From Mantamonas sphyraenae STR306 (lineage: Eukaryota; Protista; CRuMs), in NCBI GenBank assembly GCA_026936335.1, contig JAPMXV010000076.1, positions 109,531-173,530 of the forward strand: a DNA stretch of 64,000 bases. The letters are read 5' to 3'. The notes under the pieces were generated by a model that was given only the letters and a program-made list of their open reading frames with translations, made no database searches and had not been told where the DNA came from. The position numbers and the translations under genes were made by a program. Shown here piece by piece: positions 22,803 to 36,517 of the stretch; position 1 is the first letter of the stretch, and each line of letters opens with the position of its first letter.

Positions 22803-24569
22803 ATGAGCTGGGGGGAGCCAAAGACAGTTGATTGGTTGGCCTTGCTGCAAAGCGGGGACCATGTACAGATTCGCAGTGCACTGGAGGCAGCGGGAGAGGT
22901 GGGCTGGGACCGGGACGCAGGGGAGGCGTAAAGGGCATCCACGGAGTGTGTGCTGACACGTTCTGCGCAGAATGTGAACATTCAAGGGCGAGGGCTAGGA
23001 TACAATGAGGTAGTAGCGCTTGCCGAGGCTTTGGGGGATGAGAGCACCTTGAAGACACTGCGGCTCCGCCACAGCAGCATCGGGGCAGAAGGAGCAGCGG
23101 CATTAGCGCAGATACTGTGTAAGAACAGTAGCTTGCAGATGGTGGACCTTGGTTCCAACAGCGTCGGAACAGAGGGGGCAGCAGCACTGGTGCAGGCACT
23201 GGGGAACAACAACAGCTTGCAGACATTGGACCTTGGTTCCAACAGCATCGGAGCAGAGGGGGCAGCAGCAGTTGCGCAGATGCTGGAACAGAACAGCAGC
23301 TTGCAGACACTGCGCCTCCGCCTCAACAGAATCGGGGCAGAGGGGGCAGCAGTACTCGCACAGGTGCTGGAAGAGAACAGCAGCTTGCAGACCCTGAAGC
23401 TCGTTTACAACAGCGTCGGGGCAGAAGGGGCAACAGCACTTGCGCAGGCACTGAGGAAGAACAGCGGGTTGCAGACGTTGGACCTACAGATGAACAACAT
23501 CGGGGCAGAGGGGGCAGCAGCACTTGCGCAGGCGTTGAGAAGCAACAACAGCTTGCAGACATTGGACCTCGGTTCCAACAGCATCGGAGCAGAGGGAGCA
23601 GCAGCACTGGTGCAGGCACTTGAGGAGAACAGCAGCTTGCAGACGCTGGACCTCCGCAGCAACAGAATCGGGGACGAAGGAGCAGCAGCACTGGCGCAGG
23701 TCCTGAGTCACACCGACTACCTTCGGACACTGGACCTCCGCAGCAACAGAATCGGGGCAGATGGAGCCGCAGCACTGGCCAAGTCACTTGAGGAGAATAC
23801 CAGTCTGTGGACACTGAGCCTTGGGACCAGCAGAATCGGGGACGACGGGGCAGTAGCACTGGCCAGGGCACTGGAGAAGAACAACAGCTTGCAGACACTG
23901 GACATCGCCTTCAACGGTATCAAAGTTAAAGGGGCAATAGCACTGTCGAAGGCCATGGAAGGCAACCGGTCCTGCTGGAAGATCCAGGGCGTTCGCAATG
24001 ACGATTTGGTGTCGCTGTTGGAGAGGAACAGGAAGCAGCATGTGGAGTTTGTGCAGTGTGGGGACGTGGAGACGATGGCTGCATTGAAGGAGTGGGGTGT
24101 GCCTGTGGACACGTTTGCAGGGGGTGGAGGGAAAGAGACTGCGCTGGAGCGAGCAGTGAAGCGTGGTGATGAGAGGATTGTGGAGATGTTGCGAGCGTGG
24201 GGTGCGACGCCGAGGATGGAAACGGGGACGATGGTGAGGAAGGCAGGGTGGAGGAAAGCGTGGCATTGGATTGGATGGGATGGACAGGTGGATGAGGCGA
24301 TGGAGGTGGCGTTGGTGATGAACGGGGAGGAGAGGGAGACGATGTTTGAGTGTGGGGGGATGGAGGAGTATGTGGAGGAGGGAGGGTGGGAAGGATGGGT
24401 GACACTGCCAGATGAGGTGATGGAGAGGGTGATTGGGTGGGTAGCGAAGGGTGCTGCACCGGCAATGGTCGCTGTGGGGAGGTCAGGGGAGACGAGAAAG
24501 CAAGAGAGAGATGAGCTGGAAGAGGTGGTGGAAGAAGTGGAGAAGAGACAACGTGTGGAAGAGGAGTGA
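22803..24569 (+). CDS. LRR-ANK-F-box-like protein 1 (11 RI-type LRRs); exons 22803-22898, 22971-24569
   Basis: Phase-0 intron GAG|GTGGGC...GCTGAC...GCAG|AAT. 28-aa LRRs (NSSLQTLDLxxNxIGAEGAAALAQAL), ankyrin TALERAVKRGDERIVEMLRAWGA, LPDEVMERVIGWV, tail KRQRVEEE. Confidence 0.9.
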
Positions 24570-25454
24570 GCAGAATCGCGTGTGGGGTGGATGGGGTGGA
24601 GGCGCAGGAGGGAAAGACGACCCTTGCGGCGCGGTGAGAGTCAGGCGAGGAAGCGAACGAGGAGGAAGCAGCTTGAGGAATCAGGAAGAGCAGGGAAAGA
24701 GGTGAATGGTGCACACGTGCGATGGCCTCGGGGACGAGATTGTCGATCGGTATCGGGAAGACATTGGAAGTGACGTGTAAGGGGAGTTGAGAGACGGGTC
24801 ACTGGCAGGGGCAATCGAATGCAGTCCATAGCTACCTGCAGGTTCTCGTGGGTGGAAATGTCCTTTCCATGTCCGATGGATGGGTTCAGGTGTGCTTCAA
24901 AGGCCAGTGGACGGGTCGATAGCGTGCGTTTGTCGAAGCAGTACAAACGCGACAGACGCAAGCCGTGGACCGACAAGGTGGGTTGATGACATAGTGGGTG
25001 TCTTGTTTGTTGGCAATAGTGGTGGGGGGGCTGCGTTCAACCTGCTTTCGTTTTGGCGGGAAGAAGGAGGCCAGTTGGCGCCAAGAACAAAGTGTCAAAC
25101 GAACGACGTGCAGCCTCTGCCCGCACGCACCACAGCGGGCGAACGCTGGGCGATCGATCCGTGTGTGGCTGTGCGATACGTGGGACGGTGCATCGCATCG
25201 CACAGTGAGACACCGGAGAGAGACGTGGGGAGGGAAGGAGCGTGTGGTGCTCGTGGTACCCGGCAAGCACAGCAGCACCATGCAACGCAGCTAACAACCA
25301 TCACGTTCCTACAGACTCTGAAGGTGGGTGGATTGTGTGGTCATGAGACCATGTGGGACGGACTGGTGGTGGAGGGGAAGAAAGAGGGTGGAGAGGAAGA
25401 GGCTGCGAGAAGTTGCTCCGTGTGCACGCGCTCACAAGGGGCAATGTAGACGAT

Positions 25455-27560
25455 ATGAGCTGGGGGGAGCCAAAGACGGTTGATTGGTTGGCCTTGCTGC
25501 AAAGCGGGGACCATGCACAGATTTGCAGGGCACTGGAGGCAGCGGGTGAGGTGGGCTGGGACCGGGACGCAGGGGAGGCGTGAGGGGCATCCACGGAGTG
25601 TGTGCTGACACGTTCTGCACAGGATGTGAACATTGATAGGCGGGAGCTAGGAGACAATGGGGCAGTAGCGCTTGCCGAGGCTTTGGGGCAGAAGAGCACC
25701 TTGAAGGTACTGCACCTCCGCCACAACAGCATCGGGGCAGAAGGAGCAGCGGCATTAGCGCAGGCACTGAGTGAGAACAGTAGCTTGCAGGCGTTGGACC
25801 TCAGTTCCAACAGCATCGGGGCAGAGGGGGCAGCAGCAGTTGCGCAAGTACTGAGTGAGAACTGCAGCTTGCAGACACTGAACCTCAGCCGCAACAGAAT
25901 CGGGTCAGAAGGAGCAGCGGTGTTTGCGCATGCACTGAGAAACAACAACAGCTTGCAGACACTGGACCTCGAACACAACAACATCGGGGCAGAAGGGGCA
26001 ACAGCACTGGGGCAGGCACTAAGGAACAACAACATCGTGCAGATATTAGACCTTGGTTCCAACACCATCGGAGCAGAGGGGGCAGCAGCACTCGCGCAGA
26101 TGCTGGAAGAGAACAGCAGGTTGCAGACCCTGAAGCTCGTTTACAACAGGATCGGGGACGAAGGGGCAACAACACTGGGGCAGGCGCTGAGGAACAACAA
26201 CAGCTTGCAGACATTGGACCTACAGATCAACAACATCGGAGCAGAGGGGGCAGCAGCACTTGCGCAGGCGTTGAGAAGCAACAACAGCTTGCAGACATTG
26301 GACCTCGGTTCCAACGGCATCCGAGCAGAGGGGGCAACAACTCTGGCCAAGGCACTTGAAGAGAACAGCAGCTTGCAGACCCTGTACCTCGATTACAGCA
26401 GGATCGGGGCAGAAGGGGCAACAACTCTGGCCAAGGCACTTGAGGAGAACACCAGCATGCGGACACTGAGCCTTTGGAATAACGAAATCGGGGATGAGGG
26501 GGCAGCAGCACTGGCGCAGGCCCTGAGTCACACCGGCTATCTTCGGACACTGGAACTCGGAGGCAACAGCATCGGGGCAGAAGGGGCAACAACTCTGGCC
26601 AAGGCACTTGAGGAGAACACCAGTCTGTGGACACTGGGCCTTTGGGACAACAAAATCGGGGACGAAGGGGCAGCAGCACTGGCGCAGGCCCTGAGTCACA
26701 CCGGCTATCTTCGGACACTGGAACTCGGAGGCAACAGCATCGGGGCAGATGGGGCAACAATTCTGGCCAAGTCACTTGAGGAGAACACCAGTCTGTGGAC
26801 ACTGAGCCTTTGGAATAACGAAATCGGGGACGAAGGGGCAGTGGCACTGGCCAGGGCACTGGGCGAGAACAACAGCTTGCAGACACTGAAAGTCACTCGC
26901 AACAGTATCAGTGCTGAAGGGGCAGCAGCATTGTCGAATGCCATGGAAGGCAATCGGGCGTGCTGGAAGATCGAAAGCGGGGTTGATAGTGTGGCGTTGA
27001 AGTCGCTGTTGGATCGGAACAGGAAGCAGCATGTGGAATTTGTGGAGTGTGGGGATGTGGAGAAGATGAGAGAGTTGAAGGAGTGGGGTGTGCCTGTGGA
27101 CACGTTTGCAGGGGATGAAGGGGAGATGACTGCGCTGGAGCGAGCAGTGAAGCGTGGGGATGAGAGGATTGTGGAGATGTTGCGAGCGTGGGGTGCGACG
27201 CCGAGGATGGAAACGGTGACGATGGTGAGGAAGGCAGGGTGGAGGAAAGCGTGGCATTGGATTGGATGGGATGGACAGGTGGATGAGGCGATGGAGGTGG
27301 CGTTGGTGATGAATGGGGAGGAGAGGGAGGCGATGTTTGAGTGTGGGGGGATGGAGGAGTATGTGGAGGCAGGAGGGTGGGAAGGATGGGTGACACTGCC
27401 GGATGAGGTGATGGAGAGGGTGATTGGGTGGGTAGCGAAGGGTGCTGCACCGGCAATGCTCGCTGCAGTGGGGTCAGACGAGACGAGGAAGCAAGAGAGA
27501 GATGAGCTGGAAGAGGTGGTGGAAGAAGTGGAGAAGAGACAACGTGTGGAAGAGGAGTGA
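25455..27560 (+). CDS. LRR-ANK-F-box-like protein 2 (15 LRRs); exons 25455-25550, 25623-27560
   Basis: Same architecture. Internal 168-bp two-LRR duplication (26525/26693). Confidence 0.9.
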
Positions 27561-28571
27561 GCAGAATCGCGTGTGGGGTGGATGGGGTGAAGGCGCAGGA
27601 GGGAAAGACGACCCTTGCGGCGCGGTGAGAGTCAGGCGAGGAAGCGGAGGAGGAAGCAGCTTGAGGAATGAGGAAGAGCAGGGAAAGGGAGTGAATGGTG
27701 CACATGTGCGATGGCCTCGGGGACGAGATTGTCGATTGGTATCGGGAAGACATGGAAGTGGCGTGTGGTGGTCCTCCTGGCGCAGTTGCTGTTGGATGAG
27801 GTGGATCAGGGAGAAGCAGGAGAACAGAGGGATTGATAAAAGAGGGGCTGCAATGGAGGATGGTGCCTTGAACACTGGCATCGTTGCAGATGGACACATC
27901 TGCATTGGGTGCAGCTGCGTGGGTGTATGTGCGTGTGTGGTTGCTACCCGCAAGTTCTCGTGGGTGGAAACGCCCTTTCCATGTTCGATGGAGTGGTTCA
28001 GATGTGCTTCAAAGGCAAGTGAACCACACAGTGGGGTCGAGGGCGTGCGTTTGTCGAAGCAGGACAAACGCTACAGACGCAAAGCGGGGACCGACAAGGT
28101 GGGTTGATGACATAGTGGGTGTCTTGTTTGTTGGCAATTGTGGTGGGGGGCTGCGTTCAACGTGCTTTCGTTTTGGCGGGAAGAAGTAGGCCAGTTGGCG
28201 CCAAGAACAAAGTGTCACACGAACGACGTGCTGCCTCTGCCCGCACGCACCACAGCGGGAGGGCGCTGGGCGATCGATCTGTTGTGTGGCTGTGTGATAC
28301 GTGGGACGGTGCATTGCATCGCACAGTGAGACACCGGAGGGAGGCGTGGGGAGGGAAGGAGCGTGTGGTACTTGTGGTACTCGGCACAGCAGCAGCATGC
28401 AACGCAGCTAACAACCATCACATTCCTGCAGACTCTGAAGGTGGGTGGATTGTGTGGCCATGAGACCATGTGGGACGGACTGGTGGTGGAGAGGAAGAAA
28501 GAGAGTGGAGAGGAAGAGGCTGCGGGAAGTTGCTTCGTGCGCACGCGCTCACAAGGGGCAATGCAGACGAT

Positions 28572-30791
28572 ATGAGCTGGGGGGAGCCAAAGACAGTTGA
28601 TTGGTTGGCCTTGCTGCAAAGCGGTGACCATGTACAGATTCGCAGTGCACTGGAGGCAGCGGGTGAGGTGGGCTGGGACCGGGACGCAGGGGAGGCGTAA
28701 AGGGCATCCACGGAGTGTGTGCTGACACGTTCTGCGCAGAATGTGAACATTCAAGGGCGAGGGCTAGGAGACAATGAGGTAGTAGCGCTTACCGAGGCTT
28801 TGGGGGATGAGAGCACCTTGAAGACACTGCGCCTCCGCCACAACAGCATCGAGGCAGAAGGAGCAGCGGCATTAGCGCAGATACTGTGTAAGAACAGTAG
28901 CTTGCAGATGGTGGACCTTGGTTCCAACAGCGTCGGAACAGAGGGGGCAGCAGCACTGGTGCATGCACTGGGGAACAACAACAGCTTGCAGACATTGGAC
29001 CTTGGTTCCAACAGCATCGGAGCAGAGGGGGCAGCAGCAGTTGCGCAGATGCTGGAACAGAACAGCAGCTTGCAGACACTGCGCCTCCGCCTCAACAGAA
29101 TCGGGTCAGAAGGAGCAGCTGTGTTGGCGCATGCACTAAGGAACAACAGCAGCTTGCAGATATTGGGTCTCAGTTTGAACAGCATCGGAGCAGAAGGAGC
29201 GGCAGCACTGGGGCAGGAGGCACTGAGTAAGAGTAGCTGCTTGAACACACTTGACCTCAGCTCGAACAGCATCGGGGACGAAGGAGCAGCAGCACTGGCG
29301 CAGGCACTGAGTATGAGCAGCAGTGTACACACACTGGACCTCGACAACAACCGCATCGGGGCAGATGGAGCCGCAGCATTGGCGCAGACGCTGTGTAAGA
29401 ACAGTAGAATGCAGAAATTGGTCCTCCGCTGGAACAGCATCGGAGCAGAGGGGGCAACAGCACTGGGGCAGGCACTGAGGAACAACAACAGCTTGCAGAC
29501 ATTGGACCTTGGTTCCAACAGCATCGGAGCAGAGGGAGCAGCAGTACTCGCGCAGATGCTGGAAGAGAACAGCAGCTTGCAGACCCTGAAGCTCGCTTGC
29601 AACAGCGTCGGGTCAGAAGGAGCAGCAGCACTGGGGCAGGCACTGAGGAACAACAACTGCGGGTTGCAGACGTTGGACCTACAGATCAACAACCTCGGAG
29701 CAGAGGGGGCAGCAGCACTTGCGCAGGCGTTGAGAAGCAACAACAGCTTGCAGACATTGGACCTCGGTTCCAACAGCATCGGAGCAGAGGGAGCAGCAGT
29801 ACTCGCACAGATGCTGGAAGAGAACAGCGGCTTGCAGACCCTGAACCTCGCTCGCAACAGGATCGGGGCAGAAGGGGCAACAACTCTGGCCAAGGCACTT
29901 GAGGAGAACACCAGCCTGCGGACACTGAGCCTTTGGAATAACGAAATCGGGGACGAAGGGGCAGCAGCACTGGCGCAGGCCCTGAGTCACACCGGCTACC
30001 TTCGGACACTGAAACTCGGAGGCAACAGCATCGGGGCAGATGGAGCCGCAGCACTGGCCAGGGCACTTGAGGAGAACTCCAAGCTGCGGACACTGGGACT
30101 TTGCAACAACAAAATTGGGGACGAAGGGGCAGTGGCACTGGCCAGGGCACTGGAGAAGAACAACTGCTTGCAGAAACTGGAAGTCACTCGCGGTATCAAA
30201 GCTGAAGGGGCAACAGCACTGTCAAAGGCCATGGAAGGCAATCGGTCCTGCTGGGAGATCCAGGGAGTTCGCAATGACGCGTTGAAGTCGCTGTTGGAGA
30301 GAAACAGGAGGCAGCATGCGGCTTTTGTGGAGTGTGGGAATGTGGAGAAGATGAGAGAGTTGAGGGAGTGGGGTGTGCCTGTGGACACGTTTGCAGGGGA
30401 TGAAGGGGAGATGACTGCACTGGAGCGAGCAGTGGAGCGTGGGGATGAGGAGATTGTGGAGGTGTTGCGAGCGTGGGGAGCGCAGCCGAGGATTGAAACG
30501 GTGGCGATGGTGAGCGGAAAAGGGTGGAGGAAGGCGTGGCATTGGATTGGGTGGGGTGGACAGGTGGATGGGGCGATGGAGGTGGCGTTGGTGATGAATG
30601 GGGAGGAGAGGGAGGCGATGTTTGAGTGTGGAGGAATGGGGGAGTATGTGGAAGAGGGTGGGTGGGAAGGATGGGTGACACTTCCAGATGAGGTGATGGA
30701 GAGGATGATTGGGTGGGTGGGGAGGGGTGCTGCACCGGCAAGGGTCACTGTGGGGAAAGTCAGGGGATACGAGGAAGCAGGAAGGAGATGA
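28572..30791 (+). CDS. LRR-ANK-F-box-like protein 3 (17 LRRs; tail frameshifted); exons 28572-28667, 28740-30791
   Basis: Same architecture. The KRQRV tail is present but out of frame at 30790-30846. Confidence 0.88.
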
Positions 30792-31724
30792 GTTGGAAGA
30801 GGAGGTGGAAGAAGTGGAGAAGAGACAACGTGTGGATGATGAGTGAGCAGAATCGCGTGTTAGGTGGATAGGGTGGAGCCAGGAGGGAAAGACGGCCCCC
30901 TTGCGGCGCGGTGAGAGTCGGACGAGGAAGCAGCTGGAGGAATGAGGAAGAGCAGGGAAAGGGAGTGAATGGTGCACATGTGCGATAGCCTCGGGGACGA
31001 GATTGTCGATCGGTATCGGGAAGGACATGGAAGAGGCGTGTGAGGTGGAGTTGAGAGACCGGACACTGGTAGGGGCAATCGAATGCAGTCCATAGCTACC
31101 TGCAAGTTCTCGTGGGTGGAAATGTCCTTTCCATGTCCGATGGATGGGTTCAGGTGTGCTTCAAAGGCCAGTGGACGGGTCGATAGCGTGCGTTTGTCGA
31201 AGCAGGACAAACGCTACAGACGCAAAGCCGTGGACCGACAAGGTGGGTGGATGTCATAGTGGGTGTCTTGTTTACTGGCAATGGTGGTGGGTGGGTGCGC
31301 TGCGGCTGCGTTCAACCTGCTTTCGTTTTGGCCGGAAGAAGGACGCCGGTTGGCGCCAAGAACAAAGTGTCAAACGAACGACGTGCAGCCTCTGCCCGCA
31401 CGCACCACAGCGGGAGGGCGCTGGGCGATCGATCTGTTGTGTGGCTGTGTGATACGTGGGACGGTGCATTGCATCGCACAGTGAGACACCGGAGGGAGGC
31501 GTGGAGAGGGAAGGAGCGTGTGGTACTCGGCGAGCACAGCAGCAGCAGCATGCAACGCAGCTAACAACCATCACGTTCCTGCAGACTCTGAAGGTGGGTG
31601 GATTGTGTGGTCATGAGACCATGTGGGACGGACTGGTGGTGGAGAGGAAGAAAGGGGGTGGAGAGGTAGGAGCTTCAGGAAGTTGCTTCGTGCGCACGCG
31701 CTCACAAGGGGCAATGCAGACGAT

Positions 31725-33753
31725 ATGAGCTGGGGGGAGCCAAAGACGGTTGATTGGTTGGCCTTGCTGCAAAGCGGGGACCTTGTACAGATTCGCAGTG
31801 CACTAGAGGCAGCGGGAGAGGTGGGCTGGGACCGGGACGCGAGTGAGGCAAGAGGCGTGAAGGGCATCCACGGAGTGTGTGCTGACACGCTCTGCACAGG
31901 ATGTGAACATTGATAGGCGGGGGCTGGGAGACAATGAGGCACTAGCGCTTGCCGAGGCTTTGGGGCAGGAAAGCACCTTGAAGGTACTGCACCTTCGCGA
32001 CAACGGGATCGGGGCAGAAGGAGCAGCGGCATTAGCGCAGATGTTGTGTAAGAACAGTGGCTTGCAGATGTTGAACCTCCGCTGGAACAGCATCGGGGCA
32101 GAGGGGGCAGCCGCACTGGGGCAGGCACTGTGCAAGAACAGTTGCTTGCAGACACTGGACCTCGGTGCCAATGGCATCGGGGCAGAGGGAGCAGTAGCAT
32201 TGGCGCAGGCACTGAGTGAGAACGGTGGCTTGCAGACACTGGAACTCGGTGCCAATGGCATCGGGGCAGATGGGGCAGCAGCGCTGGGGCAGGCACTGTG
32301 CAAGAACAACAGCTTGCAGACAGTGGACCTCCGCTGGAACAGCATCGGGGCAGAGGGGACGACAGCACTGGGACAGGCACTGGGAAACAACTGCACTTTG
32401 CAGGAACTGGACCTCCGCTGGAACAGCATCGGTGACGAAGGAGCAGCAGCGCTCGGGCAGATACTGGAAGAGAACAGTGGCTTGCAAAGCCTGACCCTCA
32501 TTCACAACAGTATCGGGGCAGAGGGGGCAACAGCACTGGCCAAGGCGATGAAGCAAAACAACAGTTTGCATACGATGGACCTAAGGATAAACAGCATCGG
32601 AGCAGAGGGGGCAGCAGCAGTGGCGCAGGCACTGTGTGAGAACAGCAGCTTGCAGATACTGCACCTCGGCGAGAACAGGATCGGGAGCAAAGGAGCAGAA
32701 ACACTGGCGCAGGCAATGTGTGAGAGCAGCAGCTTGCAGATTTTGAACCTCGAGAACAATGGCACCGGTAACGATGGAGCAGTAGCACTGGCGCAGGCAT
32801 TGTGTGAGAACAGTAGCTTGCGAACACTGGGTCTCAGCCGCAACAACATCGGTGACGAAGGAGCAGCAGCACTGGCGCAGGCCCTGAGTCATACCGGCAA
32901 CTTGCGGGCACTGGACCTCGGAAACAACAGCATCGGGGCAGATGGGGCCGCAGCACTGGCGCAGGCACTTAAGGAAAACACAAGCCTGCGGACACTGAGC
33001 CTTTGGAACAACAAATTCGTGAACACAGGGGCAGTAGCACTGGCCAAGGCACTGGAGAAGAACAACAGCTTGCAGAAACTGAACGTTGCCCGCAACGGAA
33101 TCGGAGCTGAAGGGGAAGCAGCACTGTCGAGGGCCATGGAAGGCAATCGTTCGTGCTGGAAAATCGAAAGCGGGGTTGATAGTGGGGCGTTGAAGTCACT
33201 GTTGGATCGGAACAGGAAGCAGCATGTGGAATTTGTGGAGTGTGGGGATGTGGAGAAGATGGCTGCATTGAAGGAGTGGGGTGTGCCTGTGGACACGTTT
33301 GCAGGGGATGGAGTTGAGGAAACTGCGCTGGAGCGAGCGGTGAGGCGTGGGGATGAGAGGATTGTGGAGGTGTTGCGAGCGTGGGGAGCGCAGCCGAGGA
33401 TGGAAACGGTGGGGATGGTGAGGAAGGAAGGGTGGATGAAGGCGTGGCATTGGATTGGGTGGAGGGGTCAGGTGGATGAGGCGGTGGAGATGGCGTTGGT
33501 GATGAATGGGGAGGAGAGGGAGGCGATGTTTGAGTGTGGAGGGATGGAGGAGTATGTGGGGGAGACAGGGTGGGAAGGGTGGGTGACACTGCCGGATGAG
33601 GTGATGGAGAGGGTGATTGGGTGGGTGGGGAGGGGTGCTGCACCGGCAAGGGACACTGTAAGGAGGTCAGGGGAGACGAGGAAGCGAGAGAGAGATGAGT
33701 TGGAAGAGGAGGTGGAAGAAGTGGAGAAGAGACAACGTGTGGAGGAGGAGTGA
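31725..33753 (+). CDS. LRR-ANK-F-box-like protein 4 (14 LRRs); exons 31725-31820, 31900-33753
   Basis: Same architecture and intron position. Confidence 0.9.
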
Positions 33754-36517
33754 GTAGAATCGCGTGATGGGTGGATGGGGTGGAGCCAGGAGGGAAAGAC
33801 GGCCCCCTTGCGGCGCGGTGAGAGTCGGACGAGGAAGCAGCTGGAGGAATGAGGAAGAGCAGGGAAAGGGAGTGAATGGTGCATACGTGCGATAGCCTCG
33901 GGAACGAGATTGTCGATTGGTATCGGGAAGGACATGGAAGTGGCGTGTAAGGGGAGTTGAGAGACGGGTCACTGGTAGGGGCAATCGAATGCAGTCCATT
34001 GACATGTTTTCTAGCGTGTGTGATGGAAATGCGGGATGGGGAACCATCGTACTGTGACGCGTCGTGAAAGTGCAGGATTGGGAGAGAGAGTCTGGTTTGT
34101 GCGCGCGTGGCCGCCCGCGCTCCGACGAAAACGCGGACGGGCACGGCGAAGCGCTGCTCAACCATCCTGTGGCACATGCCAGATTGCCCTGGATTGGACC
34201 AGTATTGACCATGGTGGAGTCAGGTTATGTGAAACGGGTGGCATTGGGCGTGCTGGAGGGCGTTTTCTCGTGAGCAGGAAAAGGGCGCGTGGAAGGCGCC
34301 TTTTCACGCGTGTCACCGGGTGGCCCACGGGCATGGCACTGGTGGCTTGGTGGCCAGCACACACAGGCCGATGTGCGACGTAACATCGGCAACAGCATTG
34401 GCATCGGGTGTACAGTGAGGCTGTCACAAACGGGGAACGGGCAGGCGGAGGTGGCCGTGGTGAGTGTTGGGTGTGCCACTGTGTGCCTGGCGTGAGACAA
34501 CACACGTACCAACACGCACTGAAGAACACACACACGCTGTGCTGGTGGGGCGTATGCCATTGGGGAGGGTGGGATGCCATGGACGAGTGCATGGTGGCTG
34601 TGGTGGATGGACAGCCAGCCTCGTGTGTGTGTGCGTGGGTGTGGAGGGGGGCCAAGGACGACGGCCGAGAACACTCGTGTGTCCATGCACATGGTCAGCA
34701 GATGGCCATGATGGTTCGCAATGGCTGCTCATGACCCAACCGGTGGACCCGAGACATTGGGTCTGTTCCCTGTGGATGCAGGTCTGGAAAAAGGAGGGTG
34801 TCCTTGCTGCTGAAGTGTGGTGTGCTGCAAAAGGGGGCCGGCCCAACGACGATCACCGGAGGTTGGGTGGTGACACGACCATGGCTATCACACTGTACGC
34901 TCCTTTTCCGTGCAATCTGAACGCTGGAGAAGGTGGCCATGGGGGATGGGATGGGATGGCTGTCGAGAGAGAGAGGTGGGCTTTTTGTGGGCAATGGGTG
35001 GTGTGGAGTCGAGAATGTGGCGCAGGAGGGTGTGTACGGCGTGGATGCAGTGGGGAGTGCTGGTTGCTGCCTGTGGCTGATGTGGGTACTGGTGCGAAGC
35101 AAGGTGGGTTGCTGGTCGAGTGGTGGTGTATGCTCTCATTGGGACCATGTGGGGACGGAGGAGATCGTGGCGTGGGCTTGTGCAGCCATCTCGTCTCGGG
35201 GAAGCAGAGACACGGGCAACGCAGACGAGTTCCCGGGAACCCGAGTGGCAGGCCGACACCGTTGTCGCCCAGGGGGCATTGGGGTTAAGGATGGGCACAG
35301 TATTGGGAGATTGAAGGCAAAGTGGACACCAGTGGGGAAGGGAAGATGGTAAGGGAGGAGGTGTTTGGTCGACGCGGGCAGTCTGTGTTTGCCAAGGTGG
35401 GCAAAGGGGTGTTTGGAGGAGACAGGGAAGGGTGGATGAGTGAGACGACGAAGGACGGTGGGTGACATGTGCACTGCTACGGTGGGCGACTGTCGGTCGA
35501 TTGGGTGTCGTGTCGTGAGCTTGTGCGTGTGTTCGTGTGTGTGTTGGTGACGCCGTCCGCAGACGTGTGTTCAAACCCATCTTCACATCACACCGGGTTG
35601 ATCCACGCCACCACACACACTGTCCATGGAGAGATCGTGGTATCCATGGTGTGTGCTATGACAGGGATGCATCGTGGTGGGGCAGGGGTTGGGTTCACAC
35701 CCACCAAACCTCCTCCCGTGCCATGGTTGCATCAGAGGGAACAGAGAGAAGGAGAGGAGGAGAGTATCATGGACTAAACAGGGGCTGCCAGGGAGGATGG
35801 TGACATTAAACGTGGCATGGGTGATGAGGGGCGCATCCACTGCTGGTTGGTTGCCGCTGCGGTGGTGTGTGTGCATGTGGGTGGATGGCTGGGTCACTCC
35901 GGTCAATGCCGTGGGTGGAGTGCTCTGGCCATGTCGGATGGACGGGGGTTGGGGAGGCATTCAGGTGTGCAGCAGCAGGCAGTGGAGTGGGAGAGAGTGC
36001 GCTTGTCACAGCAGGACAAAACAAGGTGGGTTGATGCTAAAGTGGGTTTGGGGGTGTCGATATGCCAATGGTGGGTGCTGGGTGTGGTGCTGGGGCTGCG
36101 TTCAACCAGCTTCTTCCGTTTTTGGCGGGAAGAAGGAGGCCGGTTGGCGCCTGAGAACAAAGTGGCAAAGGAACGTCGCGTGCTGCCCCCCACGCACACC
36201 AGAAGTCCAGGCCTCGGCAATCCATACATTGTTTGACTGTGCAATGCGCTGGACGACGCATCGAGCAGTCAGCACACACTGGGACGTCAGGGCTGGGAAG
36301 GGAAGGGACTGGGGGGTGCACAGCGTACTTGGCAAGCACAGCAGCAGCAGGCAACGCATCTAACAACCATCAGATCCTCACAGAATCTGACTCTGACTCT
36401 GAAGGTAGGTAGATTGGGTGGATGGAGAACATGCAGAGTGGAGGAGGAGGTCGGCTGCTGAAGGGAAGGAAGCGGCAAGCTGGTGCACAAACGCTCACAA
36501 CAGGCAAAGCAGACGAA

